Under the pieces are notes generated by a model that made no database searches, was not told where the DNA came from, and saw only the letters and a list, made by a program, of their open reading frames with translations. A program made the translations under genes and the position numbers. A stretch of DNA of 64,000 nt from Lama glama (lineage: Eukaryota): positions 2,108,001 to 2,172,000 of the forward strand of contig CM052849.1 in NCBI GenBank assembly GCA_028534125.1, written 5' to 3'. Shown one piece after another: positions 63,193 to 64,000 of the stretch; the stretch's first letter is position 1, and the number at the start of each line of letters is the position of its first letter.

Positions 63193-63381
63193 GGCCGCTG
63201 CCCGCGCGCTGCTCTCCTCGGGCTCCCGCGCCCGCGCCCGCGCCCGCGCCCGGCCGCCGCCGCCTCCCAGCGCTGCGCTTGGCCCGCCCGCTCTCGCCGC
63301 ACTCGCGCCCGGCCCGCACCCGGCGCCGCAGGAAGGGGAGGGCCGGGGGGCGGTGGCCGCGGCGCGGCGGACGAAGCGGGA

Positions 63382-63395
63382 GGGCCTCTTAAAGG
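63382..63395 (-). promoter_or_regulatory. TATA-like CCTTTAAGAGGCCC element in the BCR promoter
   Basis: One of very few AT-rich words in the island core, ~540 nt upstream of the ATG. I recall the same word in the human BCR promoter (unverified). Confidence 0.45.
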
Positions 63396-64000
63396 AGCCG
63401 CTCCCCCGCCCAGCCGCGGCCCGGCCTGCGTCCCCGAGCTTGGGGAAACCGAGGCCGGGAGGGAGAGTTCTGTACTCCCGGGACAGGAACCCCTGCACCC
63501 TCATTGTCCCCAGCCCGGCGGCCCCTCCCGGGGGTGAGGGCTGAGTGCGCCCCCAGCGAGCAGGTCACCCAGCGGTGCCAACCGGTCTCCAGCCCTGAAG
63601 TCGCCGGGTGGGTGATGAAGCAACTTTTGCCACGCGGGATTGTCAGACATAATCAATGAGAATTTCTCCCCCGGTCACTCAATACCCACGCCTCCCTTGC
63701 TGCGGTCCTGAGCCCGTGTTCGTCCCGGGGTTGCCTGACTCGGAACTTCTCTGTGTAATCTGCCTCTAAGGGGGTCGCCAGCCTCCACTGGGACGCCCAG
63801 GGCTCGGCATAAGACGGGATAGCCCAGGCGGGCAGTGCAACAAAATCTTTTCTTGTCCTCCAGGGAAGCCCAGAGATCTTAGACACACAGCAGAGCGCAC
63901 CCTGGAGGGAGTCTGAGGAGCGCAAAGTCACAATACCCCAACCAGCCTGCCAGGTGAGGGGAAAAGCAAACAGGATTTGTCAACCAGGAACCAGGGCTTG

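Larger units (their letters stand above)
61640..63560 (-). promoter_or_regulatory. BCR CpG island: promoter, GC-rich 5' leader and exon 1
   Basis: Very high GC and CpG density, multiple GGGCGG boxes and GCC/GGC runs upstream of and across the start codon. Confidence 0.93.

Noticed and set aside
62748-63544. Several 100-200 aa Arg/Gly/Ala/Pro-rich ORFs in the promoter
   Set aside because: Stop-codon scarcity in a very GC-rich CpG island.

Overview
GC-rich mammalian genomic DNA carrying the 5' part of BCR (breakpoint cluster region; RhoGEF/GAP) on the minus strand. It contains the CpG-island promoter and structured 5' leader (~62.9-63.5 kb), coding exon 1 (coiled-coil, Grb2-site YVNV, Ser-rich region), a 40.5-kb intron 1, exons 2-8 (DH domain) and exon 10 (PH domain). 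Every visible splice site is GT/AG and the phases are consistent. Exon 9 is not visible: it most probably lies in a 500-N assembly gap that abuts a 93-bp tandem repeat. The introns hold ancient L1M, MaLR (MLT1), MIR and MER fragments, plus three tRNA-derived SINEs whose sequence suggests a camelid genome. Almost all other ORFs in the track are GC-content noise. The most unusual unexplained structures are (i) a ~100-bp near-perfect inverted repeat in intron 1 (34296-34420 vs 37956-38062) that I do not recognise as a transposon and that could form a long-range pre-mRNA duplex around a 3.5-kb loop, and (ii) a 5'-leader stem that encloses an 18-codon uORF and base-pairs over a consensus 5' splice site just upstream of the BCR start codon. 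Comparisons with human/mouse BCR and repeat-family names come from memory and were not computed.
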